A DNA stretch of 31,291 nt from a virus (Duplodnaviria; Caudoviricetes). A program made the translations under genes and the position numbers. The stretch spans positions 1-31,291 of IMG/VR virus record IMGVR_UViG_3300028072_000014; one strand, written 5' to 3'. This document shows positions 9,601 through 18,472 of this stretch, piece after piece; the first letter of the stretch is position 1; every line of letters begins with the position of its first letter. The notes beneath the pieces are model-generated. The model was not told the DNA's origin and ran no database searches. It saw only the letters and a list, made by a program, of their open reading frames with translations.

Positions 9601-11546
9601 ACTTCATCAGTTTCAGGAGCACGACCTATATGTGTCATATAGTCTCCCCCTAACTCTGCGGGAGAGTCTACAAACTTTCCGGGTAATCCAGTTACAGGAT
9701 CTGGAGTAGACTTATGTAAGTTTAAGATTTTCTCCCAATCCTTAAACCTTTGATATTTAGAAGTACCTTGGACAGCAAATCTAGTGAGCTGTCTTATTTG
9801 CTTGGCTTCGTCTTTAGCTACGTTCATTACAACAGAATTAGTATAGACAGCAGCTTTACGATTGGCTCTGTGTTCGAAGGAGAGAGTTTCTTCGGGAGTC
9901 CTTAACCAACCTATGAAGTTATTGAGGAGACCTTTAGGTTCTTCTGAAGATTTAGTAGTGAGGAGTAGGTCTCTTACGACATTAGAGGTCTCGGGCATAG
10001 GATGCTTGAGAGCAATATAATAAGCCCATCCCTTAGGGACAATAGTAGGATTAACTAATCCCATGCGTTCAGCAGCTTGTTCAGCTTCTGCACGAGATAA
10101 GAAGTATTCTCCTGTATGTCTTCCTATAGCTAATACAATGTCATAAGTATTCGTGAGAGCATTACGTGTTATATTCTGTAGGAGAGTAGAGTTAATATCG
10201 AGAATAGAGTTCTGTACGGAGACAGGGTAAGATTTGATAATGGTTTCTTTGACTGCTTGGATAGCTTCTTTACGTGCTATTACTTCTGGAATACGTTCTA
10301 CTCTAGTGAGATCAGGTAATGCTTTCTCCACCTTCTGTATGAAGCCAGAGTAGTCTTCTTTAACTCTATTGACAATCTCTTGACCATATCTACCAAAGGT
10401 AGTGATCATGTTATCTCTATCAGCAACAAGATGAGAAGTAAGTCTCTCTACTCCATCTTTAGCTGGATCAAGAGTTCCTTTAGCTTCTGAGGTAATATCT
10501 TGAGCAATCTTCTCAGTAGAAGCTTTATTTAAGTCTCCTGCAGCTGCATTAGCTACTACTTCAGGAGGTTGTGTATCAGTAGCTGCATTGGACTTAACCA
10601 TCTCTTTAACAGCTTGTCTTACGTCATTAGCTTCTACGGCTTTGCCTAAGAGCTTACGTCCTAAAGCTCCTACACCTTTACCTGCTCCATAGAGACCAGC
10701 AATATCAGCAGCAGAGAAGAGATTGGAGAGAACTGTTTCATCTTGTGATGCTCCTTCTATTGCACGAGCAAACTGTGCTGCAAGAGCAGGATCATCCTTC
10801 TCTAGACGATCCATTACAGGATCGAACTTAGATCTAAACTCTTCTAAGTTTTTAGATTGTAGGAGCGTGAGAGCGTCTCTGTTGAGCTGACTCCCCAAGA
10901 GACCTGCAAATGAAGACCCAGGAACGTTACCCCTGAGTTTAGCTTCTGTGTAGCCAGGGAAGAGTTCTTTTGCTCTGTCTAATGACCACGGTATCCATCC
11001 CTGTTGATGTTCAACACTCTCTGCATTCTCCCTACGCGTACGTGCGTATTCACGCATAGCGAGAAGACCTTTACCCTGTTCTTCTACTTGTTGTACGAGT
11101 TCAGGATTATCTTGACGTGCTTTATCATACCAGCCAAAAGGAGAAGTCTTCTTTAAGACATCAACATATTCATTGGCATAGTTATGTTCTATTACAGAAG
11201 AAGGATCAACAGGAGGAGTATCTATGAAGTTCTTGAGATTGTTTAAATCATCGGGAGATAAGAATGATCCCCTTGATTTAGCTAAATCATTAATAGCATC
11301 GTATCTCTTGAGAGTCTTCTGATAGTCTAGATTAGAAGCTACTTCTTGTCTTAATTCTCCTTCTTTACCCATAGCTAAAGCACGATAATAATCGTCTTTA
11401 GACTTGTTTATCTTATCGGAGAGACCGAAGGCAGCATTAGTAGATCTCCTCTCGATCACATCTTGAGATAGTTCGGGAGAAGGATTAACGTTTAAGTTAA
11501 TAGTGGGTTGGTCTTCTTGAGCTTCAGGAGCTAGATTAATAGGCAT
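6636..11546 (-). CDS. Large internal virion/DNA ejection protein, 1636 aa
   Basis: Size, position after tail tubular B and the small Gly/Ala-rich gene, and a Gly-rich hydrophobic C-terminal third fit podophage ejectosome proteins. No catalytic domain recognised. Confidence 0.7.
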   Translation of the reverse strand: MPINLAPEAQEDQPTINLNVNPSPELSQDVIERRSTNAAFGLSDKINKSKDDYYRALAMGKEGELRQEVASNLDYQKTLKRYDAINDLAKSRGSFLSPDDLNNLKNFIDTPPVDPSSVIEHNYANEYVDVLKKTSPFGWYDKARQDNPELVQQVEEQGKGLLAMREYARTRRENAESVEHQQGWIPWSLDRAKELFPGYTEAKLRGNVPGSSFAGLLGSQLNRDALTLLQSKNLEEFRSKFDPVMDRLEKDDPALAAQFARAIEGASQDETVLSNLFSAADIAGLYGAGKGVGALGRKLLGKAVEANDVRQAVKEMVKSNAATDTQPPEVVANAAAGDLNKASTEKIAQDITSEAKGTLDPAKDGVERLTSHLVADRDNMITTFGRYGQEIVNRVKEDYSGFIQKVEKALPDLTRVERIPEVIARKEAIQAVKETIIKSYPVSVQNSILDINSTLLQNITRNALTNTYDIVLAIGRHTGEYFLSRAEAEQAAERMGLVNPTIVPKGWAYYIALKHPMPETSNVVRDLLLTTKSSEEPKGLLNNFIGWLRTPEETLSFEHRANRKAAVYTNSVVMNVAKDEAKQIRQLTRFAVQGTSKYQRFKDWEKILNLHKSTPDPVTGLPGKFVDSPAELGGDYMTHIGRAPETDEVRAYFAYKRLVELDRITRELDLFKYMHRMGAQMHSVKLGDEFSPAFAGVRRNIFPTGTQDTIAVLGDSKNTTVVGTIGSKGLSTSTIEKLAKEVSEGKKFVIEPYDTDARPLSEFLDNPHNIRYIVTDFAKTEGLPLGNLIPRREGGHFVYGEGTRGYSHWIKQANMTFNPYTKMNRYEGDTTVMALMNRAMGKDIAEHLDNIRLAIKNKDLAAAKNIADTKLADITWKEIKSWFEPQISPEGKKLRPRLNLNEPIQVVADGETIASRNNELANRYVRTDKKGKTLSTFEDGTKHGNMARQFQIEYTGRRDAYEVYTMKDVGSANNPIYKYEPAKFVDPIPTMNRALSKAVNSLWMDDYKLYSVEHWLKSAENYLKEDWRNAPFWAFQNAEFLPNTPKDVLNRLEDSRFKIKQLWGVPSRLQATLDLTAQNLADTIYRKFGPEGDPLTQIARRTGLAKPHTVVPSHMLSRVTKPIDFLHAVTYHATIGLFAIPQFLVQNMTYATILGISGGEMAGKGMIGATLSQYARINSHPNILRNLDKIASNFGFKPGEWLESHNSMLSTGFHNVGGEHILRDSFYAPKVISNGFQQFLDMGQVFFKEGERNARYGAWHTAYSEFKRDNKLLGALSNQDRLSILERADLLSGNMTKASKSTLQMGVGSFPSQFLSYQMRLAEQFLGHRLTGVERARLFGTYAVLFGVPTAAGVAGIPFGEMFKKYALENYGYQVGDNWITSTFMQGLPSAMGAMATGNWYNVGERLGAPGLDVFRDILEGDKSWWQMVAGASGSMMEGTWSHSEGLRSGLLSLLRGDSISGHSLTPDDFVEPLRQIASVSKGMQVAAAINTQRWMSRNETYITDTSPLNAIFQGLTGLQTQQAQDIGTVTWSLHDRKENEKHVEQMFVKEFRRGLISMDNNSPNEAKKFFDNASAYLILGDFPNEKIAEAYSTALKANESLVRRLNFDLLLKNVPPSKKELFMRTYTNMYRRGEQ

Positions 11547-12091
11547 TAAAGTAACGATGCCCCTAACATTCCCAATCTCATTAAGGGATCTATAGAGCCG
11601 GAGAGAGATTTACCAAAACTAGATATACCTGCACCTTCTGCTTGTTGTGTCTTGGCATCTGCAATAGCCATCTTCTGTTGGTCTATCTGAGCGTTGAGAG
11701 CAAACATCTGCTCACCAGACTGTAGAGCTTGAGTAATACCCAGCTGATTTACTCCTGCTCCTCCGGAGATCTGACCATATGCTCCTCCTAAGGCAGAACC
11801 ATACTGTCCTCCTTGATTGGTAGCGGTAGCTAAAGCCATAGATCGAGCACGTTGGGTTTGACGTAAGTTCTGCATCTCTTGACGTTGAGCTGAGAGTTCC
11901 ATTGCTTGCCTACGTACAGCATCCTGCTGTATCTCCAGACCAGCTATGTTCTTTGAAGCAGTTGCTTCTGCTTTAGCTCCTTGATAAGACTCATAGCCTC
12001 CGAAAGCAGAGAAGCCTAATCCTACACCAGCGCCTATACCACCGGCTGTAGTTCCTATATTACCTTGAGAGAAGAGATCACCGAAATTCAT
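11546..12091 (-). CDS. Small internal virion protein (T7 gp14-like position)
   Basis: Gly/Ala-rich hydrophobic N-terminus, Gln-rich coiled coil and GSALGG motif; immediately after the nozzle gene. Confidence 0.7.
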   Translation of the reverse strand: MNFGDLFSQGNIGTTAGGIGAGVGLGFSAFGGYESYQGAKAEATASKNIAGLEIQQDAVRRQAMELSAQRQEMQNLRQTQRARSMALATATNQGGQYGSALGGAYGQISGGAGVNQLGITQALQSGEQMFALNAQIDQQKMAIADAKTQQAEGAGISSFGKSLSGSIDPLMRLGMLGASLL

Positions 12092-14484
12092 CAGGGAGCC
12101 ATATTAGGTTGTTCTGCAACAGTCCACCCTTGAATATCAAAGGGTTGTCCTGATACAGATTGTATCTTGTATTGAAGCACGTAACCATGTCCTCTTATCT
12201 TATGTCTCCTGAAAGTTTTATTAAAGTTCGAGGTGGAGAAGTTATTGGTAACTAATTGAATAGACCCCCATTTATTGGAATTCCTATTGACAGCATAATC
12301 CCAGATACCCTGAACTTTATATTGAGTGTTAGTTAGATTATTAGAGTAGACAAAGAGGTAGAGAGGATTGAACTTGAGTATTCCTTTACCTCCTAGATGA
12401 TAACCAGTAGTAAAGAAGCTAGTATAATCTGCAGAAGAGGAGGAGAACCAATCCATCCAATTAACGTCATCTCTCTCTTCAGAGAAGGTGAAGTTGTAGG
12501 TATTCCCACTGGAGACAGAGGAAAGATACTTGAAGGTAGGATCAGGAGATGTACTTCCTCCGGGACCAGCTACGTATCTTATATCATGAATAAAAGGAGA
12601 AGTACCTGAATTGCCTATAGTCCAAGGATAGAAAGCTTTATTGGCTGTATTGAAGTTTAAGATCTTATCAAACTGATACCTGTCTGTTACAGTATTCTCG
12701 TTAGTAGACCTATAGCACCATTGTACTACATAAGACAGAGGGTTGTAGTCTCCTCTAGCGAACTTCTTACTCTGTAGGGGAATACTAGCGTAGAATGTTA
12801 ATATAGACCCCAGACAGAGATTAGTAACCTCTAGTGCAATATCGGGGCTACGTGCTGAACCTCCTTGTGGAGACGGAGCCACGTAGTAGATACCTTCTTC
12901 ATTCCAGAACATCGGAAATCCTTGTACATCTACTACTGATGTTCCTGAGATACACTGGATGGCAGATATTCTTGTTACAGAGAAGTCTGTAGCTGTAAAG
13001 CCTATTCCAGAGCTTCCTCCTATATACCAGATACCGTTAGCAGCTAGTACAAGAAGACCAAACTTAAGAGAGAAGAGTTTATAGATATTGCCTGATCCTG
13101 GGATAGATATTACTCCTCCATCATCAGGTAAGATATCAAAAAGATTCTGAGAAGTAGGGTCGTTAGCTTGGAAGCAGTTACCAAACTGACTGGTTCTTTC
13201 TACAATCTGAGAGAAGTATATATTCTCAGTCCAGGTATAAAAAGGTTCATCTCCAGTTGCGGGTTGAGAAGCATTAACTCCTGCGTAAAAGATCCTGCCT
13301 TGGAACCAACATCCTGTAGAAGGTCTAGCTGTAGTTGTTATTGCGGTTATTCCACCAATGCTAGAGGCAGTGGTACGATCTTGATTGAAAGCATTTAAAA
13401 CAAAGTAGCCTTTGGGTGCTGATGAGAAAGGTTGCTGTACGTTTGCTATTGTACCCAGAGGATCAAAAACACCACTACTATTCTTATAGAGCCACCATAC
13501 ATCTGAATTAGAGGGATAGTTATGAATGTTAGTGAACCAAGTATTGATTTGACCTAAGCTAGATAAACTAGCATTTGCATTCGTATAAGAAGAAAAAGCA
13601 CTGTTATTGTTATTGGTTTGAACTGTTATTGTTATTGAAGTAAAAGGAGTAGAGTAAGCAGTAACAACCCCCGTCATAGTCGTTAAGAAGTTATTAAAAG
13701 CTACACCATTGAACATCTGTGCAGTTACACTTATAATAGACCCAACAGTAACTGAAGTAGTGTTTGTTTGACTTACTATGTTTCCTGTCCAAGAACCTCC
13801 TGTTCCATTGTTAATGGGCCACGCATTTGAAGTACCTGCATTAAATGAACAAGTCCAAGCAGTACCTGAAGTCCATCCTTGATTTACTAAGTTATAGTTG
13901 TGTTCTGCACTTAAGGTTAAGGGTCTGAAGTTATCAGCAATAGTTTCAGGAACACCTAAGAAATCTCTTATCCTTAAATCAATCTTTAGAGCAGTTATTG
14001 CACTCGGAGAAAAGGTTACATAAAAGGGATCACAATTGGGATGAAAGACAAAGAGATAACCATTACCCACTGCATACTGACATTCAGTTAAAGAGGGAGT
14101 AGCAGTAGAGTTGAGTGCTAGAAAGTTGTTTATGTCTACTGTGGTAGCTAGGAGAGTGGTTGAGAGAGGAGAAACAGTAGTAGCATTGGAAGACTGATAG
14201 AAATAGAGGATATGTCCTACCTGGATTACTACTACTTGAGTATTACCGTCTCCTCCTGCATTATTCCATTTATAAGAGCTGATAGCTGCATTAGTACGAT
14301 TAACTGCATGAAGAGCGAAGTTATCCTCGTAATCTATGCCTGATCTACGTATTACATCTCCTATGAGAGTGTAGACACAGTTGTCAGTATCATAGGCAGC
14401 ATCCTCTGGAAAGTTAAGTCCAGTGAACTCTGTCTTTAAACCTTTAGTAAAGTTATTAATGAAGGAGGGCTGCAGAGGCATCAA
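12091..14484 (-). CDS. Tail tubular protein B / nozzle
   Basis: N-terminal NNFTKGLKTE..LNFPEDA...N...RRxG, plus FQGRIFYAG, IYFSQ, DGGVISIPG and C-terminal RHKIRGHG...DIQGW; beta-propeller-like; about 800 aa. Confidence 0.8.
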   Translation of the reverse strand: MMPLQPSFINNFTKGLKTEFTGLNFPEDAAYDTDNCVYTLIGDVIRRSGIDYEDNFALHAVNRTNAAISSYKWNNAGGDGNTQVVVIQVGHILYFYQSSNATTVSPLSTTLLATTVDINNFLALNSTATPSLTECQYAVGNGYLFVFHPNCDPFYVTFSPSAITALKIDLRIRDFLGVPETIADNFRPLTLSAEHNYNLVNQGWTSGTAWTCSFNAGTSNAWPINNGTGGSWTGNIVSQTNTTSVTVGSIISVTAQMFNGVAFNNFLTTMTGVVTAYSTPFTSITITVQTNNNNSAFSSYTNANASLSSLGQINTWFTNIHNYPSNSDVWWLYKNSSGVFDPLGTIANVQQPFSSAPKGYFVLNAFNQDRTTASSIGGITAITTTARPSTGCWFQGRIFYAGVNASQPATGDEPFYTWTENIYFSQIVERTSQFGNCFQANDPTSQNLFDILPDDGGVISIPGSGNIYKLFSLKFGLLVLAANGIWYIGGSSGIGFTATDFSVTRISAIQCISGTSVVDVQGFPMFWNEEGIYYVAPSPQGGSARSPDIALEVTNLCLGSILTFYASIPLQSKKFARGDYNPLSYVVQWCYRSTNENTVTDRYQFDKILNFNTANKAFYPWTIGNSGTSPFIHDIRYVAGPGGSTSPDPTFKYLSSVSSGNTYNFTFSEERDDVNWMDWFSSSSADYTSFFTTGYHLGGKGILKFNPLYLFVYSNNLTNTQYKVQGIWDYAVNRNSNKWGSIQLVTNNFSTSNFNKTFRRHKIRGHGYVLQYKIQSVSGQPFDIQGWTVAEQPNMAP

Positions 14485-14806
14485 TATCTTCTTCTAGGAG
14501 AACGTTACGTCCTTTGAAATAGGAGTGAGCAAAGTTGAAAGCTTGTTGATAAGAAGTAAATCTCTGTTGAAGACGAGGGGGAACCATTCCTTCCGTATAA
14601 AAAAAGGTCCAGAGATTGTTACCGGGACCGCAGCGGATACAGAGTTTATTCTCTCCCGTAAATAACCGGGGATCTGTCATTCCCTTAGAATTCTTGGGAG
14701 AGTTATTGAGAGAAGTAAGCTTAAAGACTCTCTCATTAGACAAGAGAACTTTATCCTTGGCTATTGCTTTACGCGGTGTGAGGGAAATCGTAGTCATAGC
14801 TACCAT
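14456..14806 (-). CDS. Hypothetical protein between tail tubular A and B; start uncertain
   Basis: It fills the gap between two tail genes on the operon strand and has a GMVPPRLQQRFTSYQQA motif. Confidence 0.6.
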   Translation of the reverse strand: MVAMTTISLTPRKAIAKDKVLLSNERVFKLTSLNNSPKNSKGMTDPRLFTGENKLCIRCGPGNNLWTFFYTEGMVPPRLQQRFTSYQQAFNFAHSYFKGRNVLLEEDIDASAALLH

Positions 14807-15905
14807 AGAGTGCGTATCCTGCTCTTCCTATCCGTCTACCGAAGTTAGGGAGCTGTTGAAAGTGTGTGGGTTTACCAGAAACAGACTTCTCCTTCTGAAC
14901 TGAAGTCCATTGAATGTTAGCTTCCTTCTGAGCTTTCTGGTGAGGGAGTTGTCGTAGTTCATACCATGCTGTTACCTTAGCTTCATTAAAGAGAAGGGGA
15001 AACTGCTGGTCATTTAGATCAGGTATGAAGTTATCTTGGAGTAAGAAATTGGGAAATGTTTCTCCCCAGCACATAGTCTTAGAACCCTGAAGCGTACTGT
15101 CCTGTGTTCCATCATAAGTATCGAACAAGACAAAGGAATTAGCTATTACAGTGCAATAGGTAGGTCTATGATCATTCTTGTAATAGATCTTAAACTTATA
15201 TCCATTCTCTTGAAATGTATAAGAGAGAACATCCTGATCAGTGGGATTAAACCTATTAACATATTCTAAGAAATCACGTAGAGGAACAATACAAACTTCT
15301 ACATACCCAGGTGCTGTTCCCACTGCATTTGTTTGAGCTATAGTCCAGCTAGAGAATGTACCTGATCCCTGCATAGCTGTAATGTTGAGAGTAAGCTGTG
15401 TACCGTTGTAGCTAGTTACTGTTCCAGACATTGTATTGCCTGGGGTAGCTGTAGCTGTAGCAGTGTTGTTGGGAGAGATGTTGAGACCTCCAGCTACAGT
15501 CCATGTAACAGTTCCTAATCCTATGGTATTAGAAGTAGTAGAAGTAGTAGACCACCCAGAAGGAACCAGATCGACATTGAGATCATGATGGTATGAGCCA
15601 AACTGTGATGACTGGAGAGATGCTCCATCTTGGACATTGGTATCAAAGTATTTAATCCATTTAATGCTATTTATTTCTGAGGGGACATACATCAAGACAG
15701 GAGATGAGAAGTCAAGAGAAGGGTTTAACTGAAAGAGTTTATAATGCTCTGGTAAGTCAGCTCTATTTATAACATCAAAATACTTATTCTTAATGATGTT
15801 AGCAACCTGCATACTCTCAATGGTGTCTCCTATAGAGTTTACCTCATCTGATCCCATGGAAGATAAGATGTCTTGAGTCATCTGTAAGAGAGTCATATTC
15901 ATCAT
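14769..15905 (-). CDS. Tail tubular protein A / head-tail adaptor with an inserted beta-domain
   Basis: MTLLQMTQDILSSMGSDEVNSIGDTIESMQVA N-terminus and PTYCT..FDTYD..TLQGSKT..FIPDL..FPLL.NEAK C-terminal part. Thr/Gly-rich insert at aa ~118-190. Confidence 0.8.
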   Translation of the reverse strand: MMNMTLLQMTQDILSSMGSDEVNSIGDTIESMQVANIIKNKYFDVINRADLPEHYKLFQLNPSLDFSSPVLMYVPSEINSIKWIKYFDTNVQDGASLQSSQFGSYHHDLNVDLVPSGWSTTSTTSNTIGLGTVTWTVAGGLNISPNNTATATATPGNTMSGTVTSYNGTQLTLNITAMQGSGTFSSWTIAQTNAVGTAPGYVEVCIVPLRDFLEYVNRFNPTDQDVLSYTFQENGYKFKIYYKNDHRPTYCTVIANSFVLFDTYDGTQDSTLQGSKTMCWGETFPNFLLQDNFIPDLNDQQFPLLFNEAKVTAWYELRQLPHQKAQKEANIQWTSVQKEKSVSGKPTHFQQLPNFGRRIGRAGYALYGSYDYDFPHTA

Positions 15906-15909
15906 TGTA

Positions 15910-16281
15910 TTATTTCCTGAAGAGAGAAGCAGTTGAATGTAAGAAGTAGAAGCCTATGGTAACCATTATAACGTTCCAGAGTTCTGGAGATAGAGTAGTA
16001 GTACCATCAAAGGTTTTATCGTAGAGATATATCTTATTGAGAATATAGATGGGACCGATAGAGTAACCTAACCGTATCCACATATCTAAGGAAGACCGAG
16101 AAGAGTCTGCTATTAAGACATCTCTACGGGCAGTGAGAGTGTTTATACGCTCTTGAGATGCTATCTGTTCTTCTTTGGTCTTGGCATTAATAAGTGCTAT
16201 CTTCTCATTGGAGATAGCATTAGTAATGCCATTAACCGTACTCAGTAGACCAGGAACTAGTCCTAGGAGTAAAGACCACAT
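15910..16281 (-). CDS. Putative holin (3TM/GTA-holin-like)
   Basis: Hydrophobic N-terminus, a charged helix, then WIR and two hydrophobic segments ending IGFYFL; located in the lysis cluster. Confidence 0.65.
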   Translation of the reverse strand: MWSLLLGLVPGLLSTVNGITNAISNEKIALINAKTKEEQIASQERINTLTARRDVLIADSSRSSLDMWIRLGYSIGPIYILNKIYLYDKTFDGTTTLSPELWNVIMVTIGFYFLHSTASLFRK

Positions 16282-16541
16282 TAGGGATTAGCTGCAACAC
16301 GTGAGCTGATATTACGGAGCCAGAAAGCTAGAGTGAAGAATACGAAGTTAGCCAACATAATCTGCTCACCAGTAATAAACTTATTGGTGGGGACGTTAGT
16401 GATATATTCCTGACCTGCAGCTGCGAGGTTACCTATACCTCCTAAGAGAGCTACCAATTCAGTTTTAATACCAGGGGTAATCTTGGCTACCCAGCCTTCG
16501 AAAGTAGACCAGGCTTTAGAGATTCCAGTGAAGATTGACAT
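16281..16541 (-). CDS. Small membrane protein (holin/antiholin-like), 86 aa
   Basis: Two hydrophobic stretches; TAATG-coupled between the endolysin and the holin candidate. Confidence 0.55.
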   Translation of the reverse strand: MSIFTGISKAWSTFEGWVAKITPGIKTELVALLGGIGNLAAAGQEYITNVPTNKFITGEQIMLANFVFFTLAFWLRNISSRVAANP

Positions 16542-17149
16542 TAGTGTTTCCTTGCGAATAAGAAGTTGAAGAGCATCTGCCAGAAAGACAGAGAAGGTTT
16601 AGTTGTGGGAGTTGTTGGGGTGACTGTTATATGAGAGTAGTTGTTTACCATTGAGAGAGCATTCTTACGTCCTCGGTTACAACGAGAGAGCCAGCCTTTC
16701 ATGAACTGAGGTTTGCCTAGTCCTCTGAGGAACTCTACTCTTTCATCGTATATCTTATTAATAAGATCCACGCTATTGAACTTACTAGTAGCACCAAGAG
16801 TAGCGGGACCCATAATTCCATCCACAGGGACTCCTACCAACCTTTGTAGAACTTTAGTAGATCTGCTAATCCCACTATTAATGCCATAGTCCAGAATAGC
16901 ATAATCAACACCAGCGGGTAATTGATCATATGCAAGTGGGTGTGCATAATGTTCCTCGTAAATTTGAGCAGCTACTTCTTTGGGCATGGACTTAACGTCA
17001 GCTGCAGTGGCGTTAGCTTTCCAGTACTTTCGAGCGTCCCATATCGTAATTCCATAATTAGTTGGGCCACCAGCGTCTCCAACATCGTTGGAGTAACCTC
17101 CTTCATCAGCATATACATACTTCATTGACTCGTTATATGTTTGTTTCAT
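16541..17149 (-). CDS. Endolysin, glycoside hydrolase family 108 with C-terminal peptidoglycan-binding domain
   Basis: EGGYSND..D.GGPTNYGIT catalytic motif, LPAGVDY..LDYGINSG, LQRLVGVPVDGIMGPAT and F.KGWLSR. Confidence 0.92.
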   Translation of the reverse strand: MKQTYNESMKYVYADEGGYSNDVGDAGGPTNYGITIWDARKYWKANATAADVKSMPKEVAAQIYEEHYAHPLAYDQLPAGVDYAILDYGINSGISRSTKVLQRLVGVPVDGIMGPATLGATSKFNSVDLINKIYDERVEFLRGLGKPQFMKGWLSRCNRGRKNALSMVNNYSHITVTPTTPTTKPSLSFWQMLFNFLFARKH

Positions 17150-17267
17150 GCTTTTCTTTCAATTCTTTGAGTTCTCTTTGAAGCTCTTCAATCTGATGTT
17201 GAAGAGCAGTTACGGTGAATGCATATTCACCGAGTAATGTTTTAAAACGTTGTTCGAGAGTTACCAT
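17133..17267 (-). CDS. Small coiled-coil protein, 44 aa (MVTLEQRFKTLLGEYAFTVTALQHQIEELQRELKELKEKHETNI); not in the ORF track
   Basis: The ATG overlaps the tail fibre end (ATGGTAA), the ORF fills the gap to the endolysin, and it has a clear heptad pattern. Confidence 0.65.
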   Translation of the reverse strand: MVTLEQRFKTLLGEYAFTVTALQHQIEELQRELKELKEKHETNI

Positions 17268-18472
17268 GCGGGGATCTTTCGAGTTGTTCCGTTGTCATCA
17301 ACAGAGATCCATTTAGTGGGATTACCAGCAGCAGGAGCATTTGTTAAAGTTCCTGTTTGAGCGCCAGCTCCGTTAGCAAGAGTAACTTTAGTACGTATTA
17401 AGAAGTTTGTGTTATTGGTGTAGACATCAGTAGCTAAGAGACTACCTGCACCTGGATCAACTGTTGTGCCTAAACCTACTCCTCCACTGCCATTGATACG
17501 CAGAGCTTCTGTAATAGACCCTCCTACAGGAGTAGTAAAGAAGAGTAAGTTTCCTCCATGATGTCCCGTAGAAAAGTTTTCATTAGCTTGTCCCTGAATT
17601 GATGTAGACTGTTGATACGCAGTTCCATCAAAACCAAGCATAGTCTCATTAAACAAAAGATCGTTTAATTGGAGAGCTGATGGGCTGGCTCCAGTACCTC
17701 GGGCTCCTCTAAAAACTATTTGAGGAAAAGCCCCGGTTCCAAAGGTGTCTAACTGTATTCCGCTCGACACTGTATCAGCTGCGGTAATCATCAAAAGATT
17801 ACCACCTTGATTTAAAGGAGCTGTTGAAGTATTAGCACTTATTTGTACTTTAGTTCGAGGAAGATTAGTACCTACTCCAAATCGACCTAAAGTAGTAAAC
17901 CTCGCTACTTCTGCTTGAGTGGCTACCTGAAAGACAATAGCATCAGTAGTACCTACGCTAGTCGTGCTTTGAATAGTTAATATTGATGATGCTGCAGAGC
18001 CTCCTGCAATTGTAGGTATTTGTAGAGTACCTGATATTGTAGGAGAAGCAGCTAATACAATCGCACCTGTTCCTGTAACACTGTTAAGAGTAGTTCCATT
18101 GAGAACTAGAGAAGGAGTAGTAACGCTAGTAAAAGTAGCAGAAGCAAAGGTATTAATACCTGAAAAGGTATTGTTAGTGTCTAAGAAAGGAACAACATGT
18201 CCTGATGTTCCCGTAGGAGGAACAGAGAGAGTAGGATTGCTCACTACGTCTATGAGTCTAGCGGGAGAGTTTACTGTAGCAGGAGTAGGTAGGTTTAGTA
18301 TTTGATTATTATTCATGTCGAGAGTAGCATTCATTACGTTGGGTAATGTGCCGTCTCTAGACAAGGTGTTATCAAAAGCTGTGGTTAGAGTAACATTATT
18401 GCTATTAATGGCATTAATAGCAGTATTCTCATTCTCTAAGTTAGCGAGATTAGTTAAGGTTATTTTAGACAT
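17261..18472 (-). CDS. Tail fibre protein 2, 403 aa
   Basis: N-terminal anchor NTLSRDGT.PN.M...LDMNNNQILNLP; Thr/Gly-rich beta repeats (GRFGVGT, GGVGLGT); C-terminal KWISVDDNGTTRKIPAW. Confidence 0.8.
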   Translation of the reverse strand: MSKITLTNLANLENENTAINAINSNNVTLTTAFDNTLSRDGTLPNVMNATLDMNNNQILNLPTPATVNSPARLIDVVSNPTLSVPPTGTSGHVVPFLDTNNTFSGINTFASATFTSVTTPSLVLNGTTLNSVTGTGAIVLAASPTISGTLQIPTIAGGSAASSILTIQSTTSVGTTDAIVFQVATQAEVARFTTLGRFGVGTNLPRTKVQISANTSTAPLNQGGNLLMITAADTVSSGIQLDTFGTGAFPQIVFRGARGTGASPSALQLNDLLFNETMLGFDGTAYQQSTSIQGQANENFSTGHHGGNLLFFTTPVGGSITEALRINGSGGVGLGTTVDPGAGSLLATDVYTNNTNFLIRTKVTLANGAGAQTGTLTNAPAAGNPTKWISVDDNGTTRKIPAW

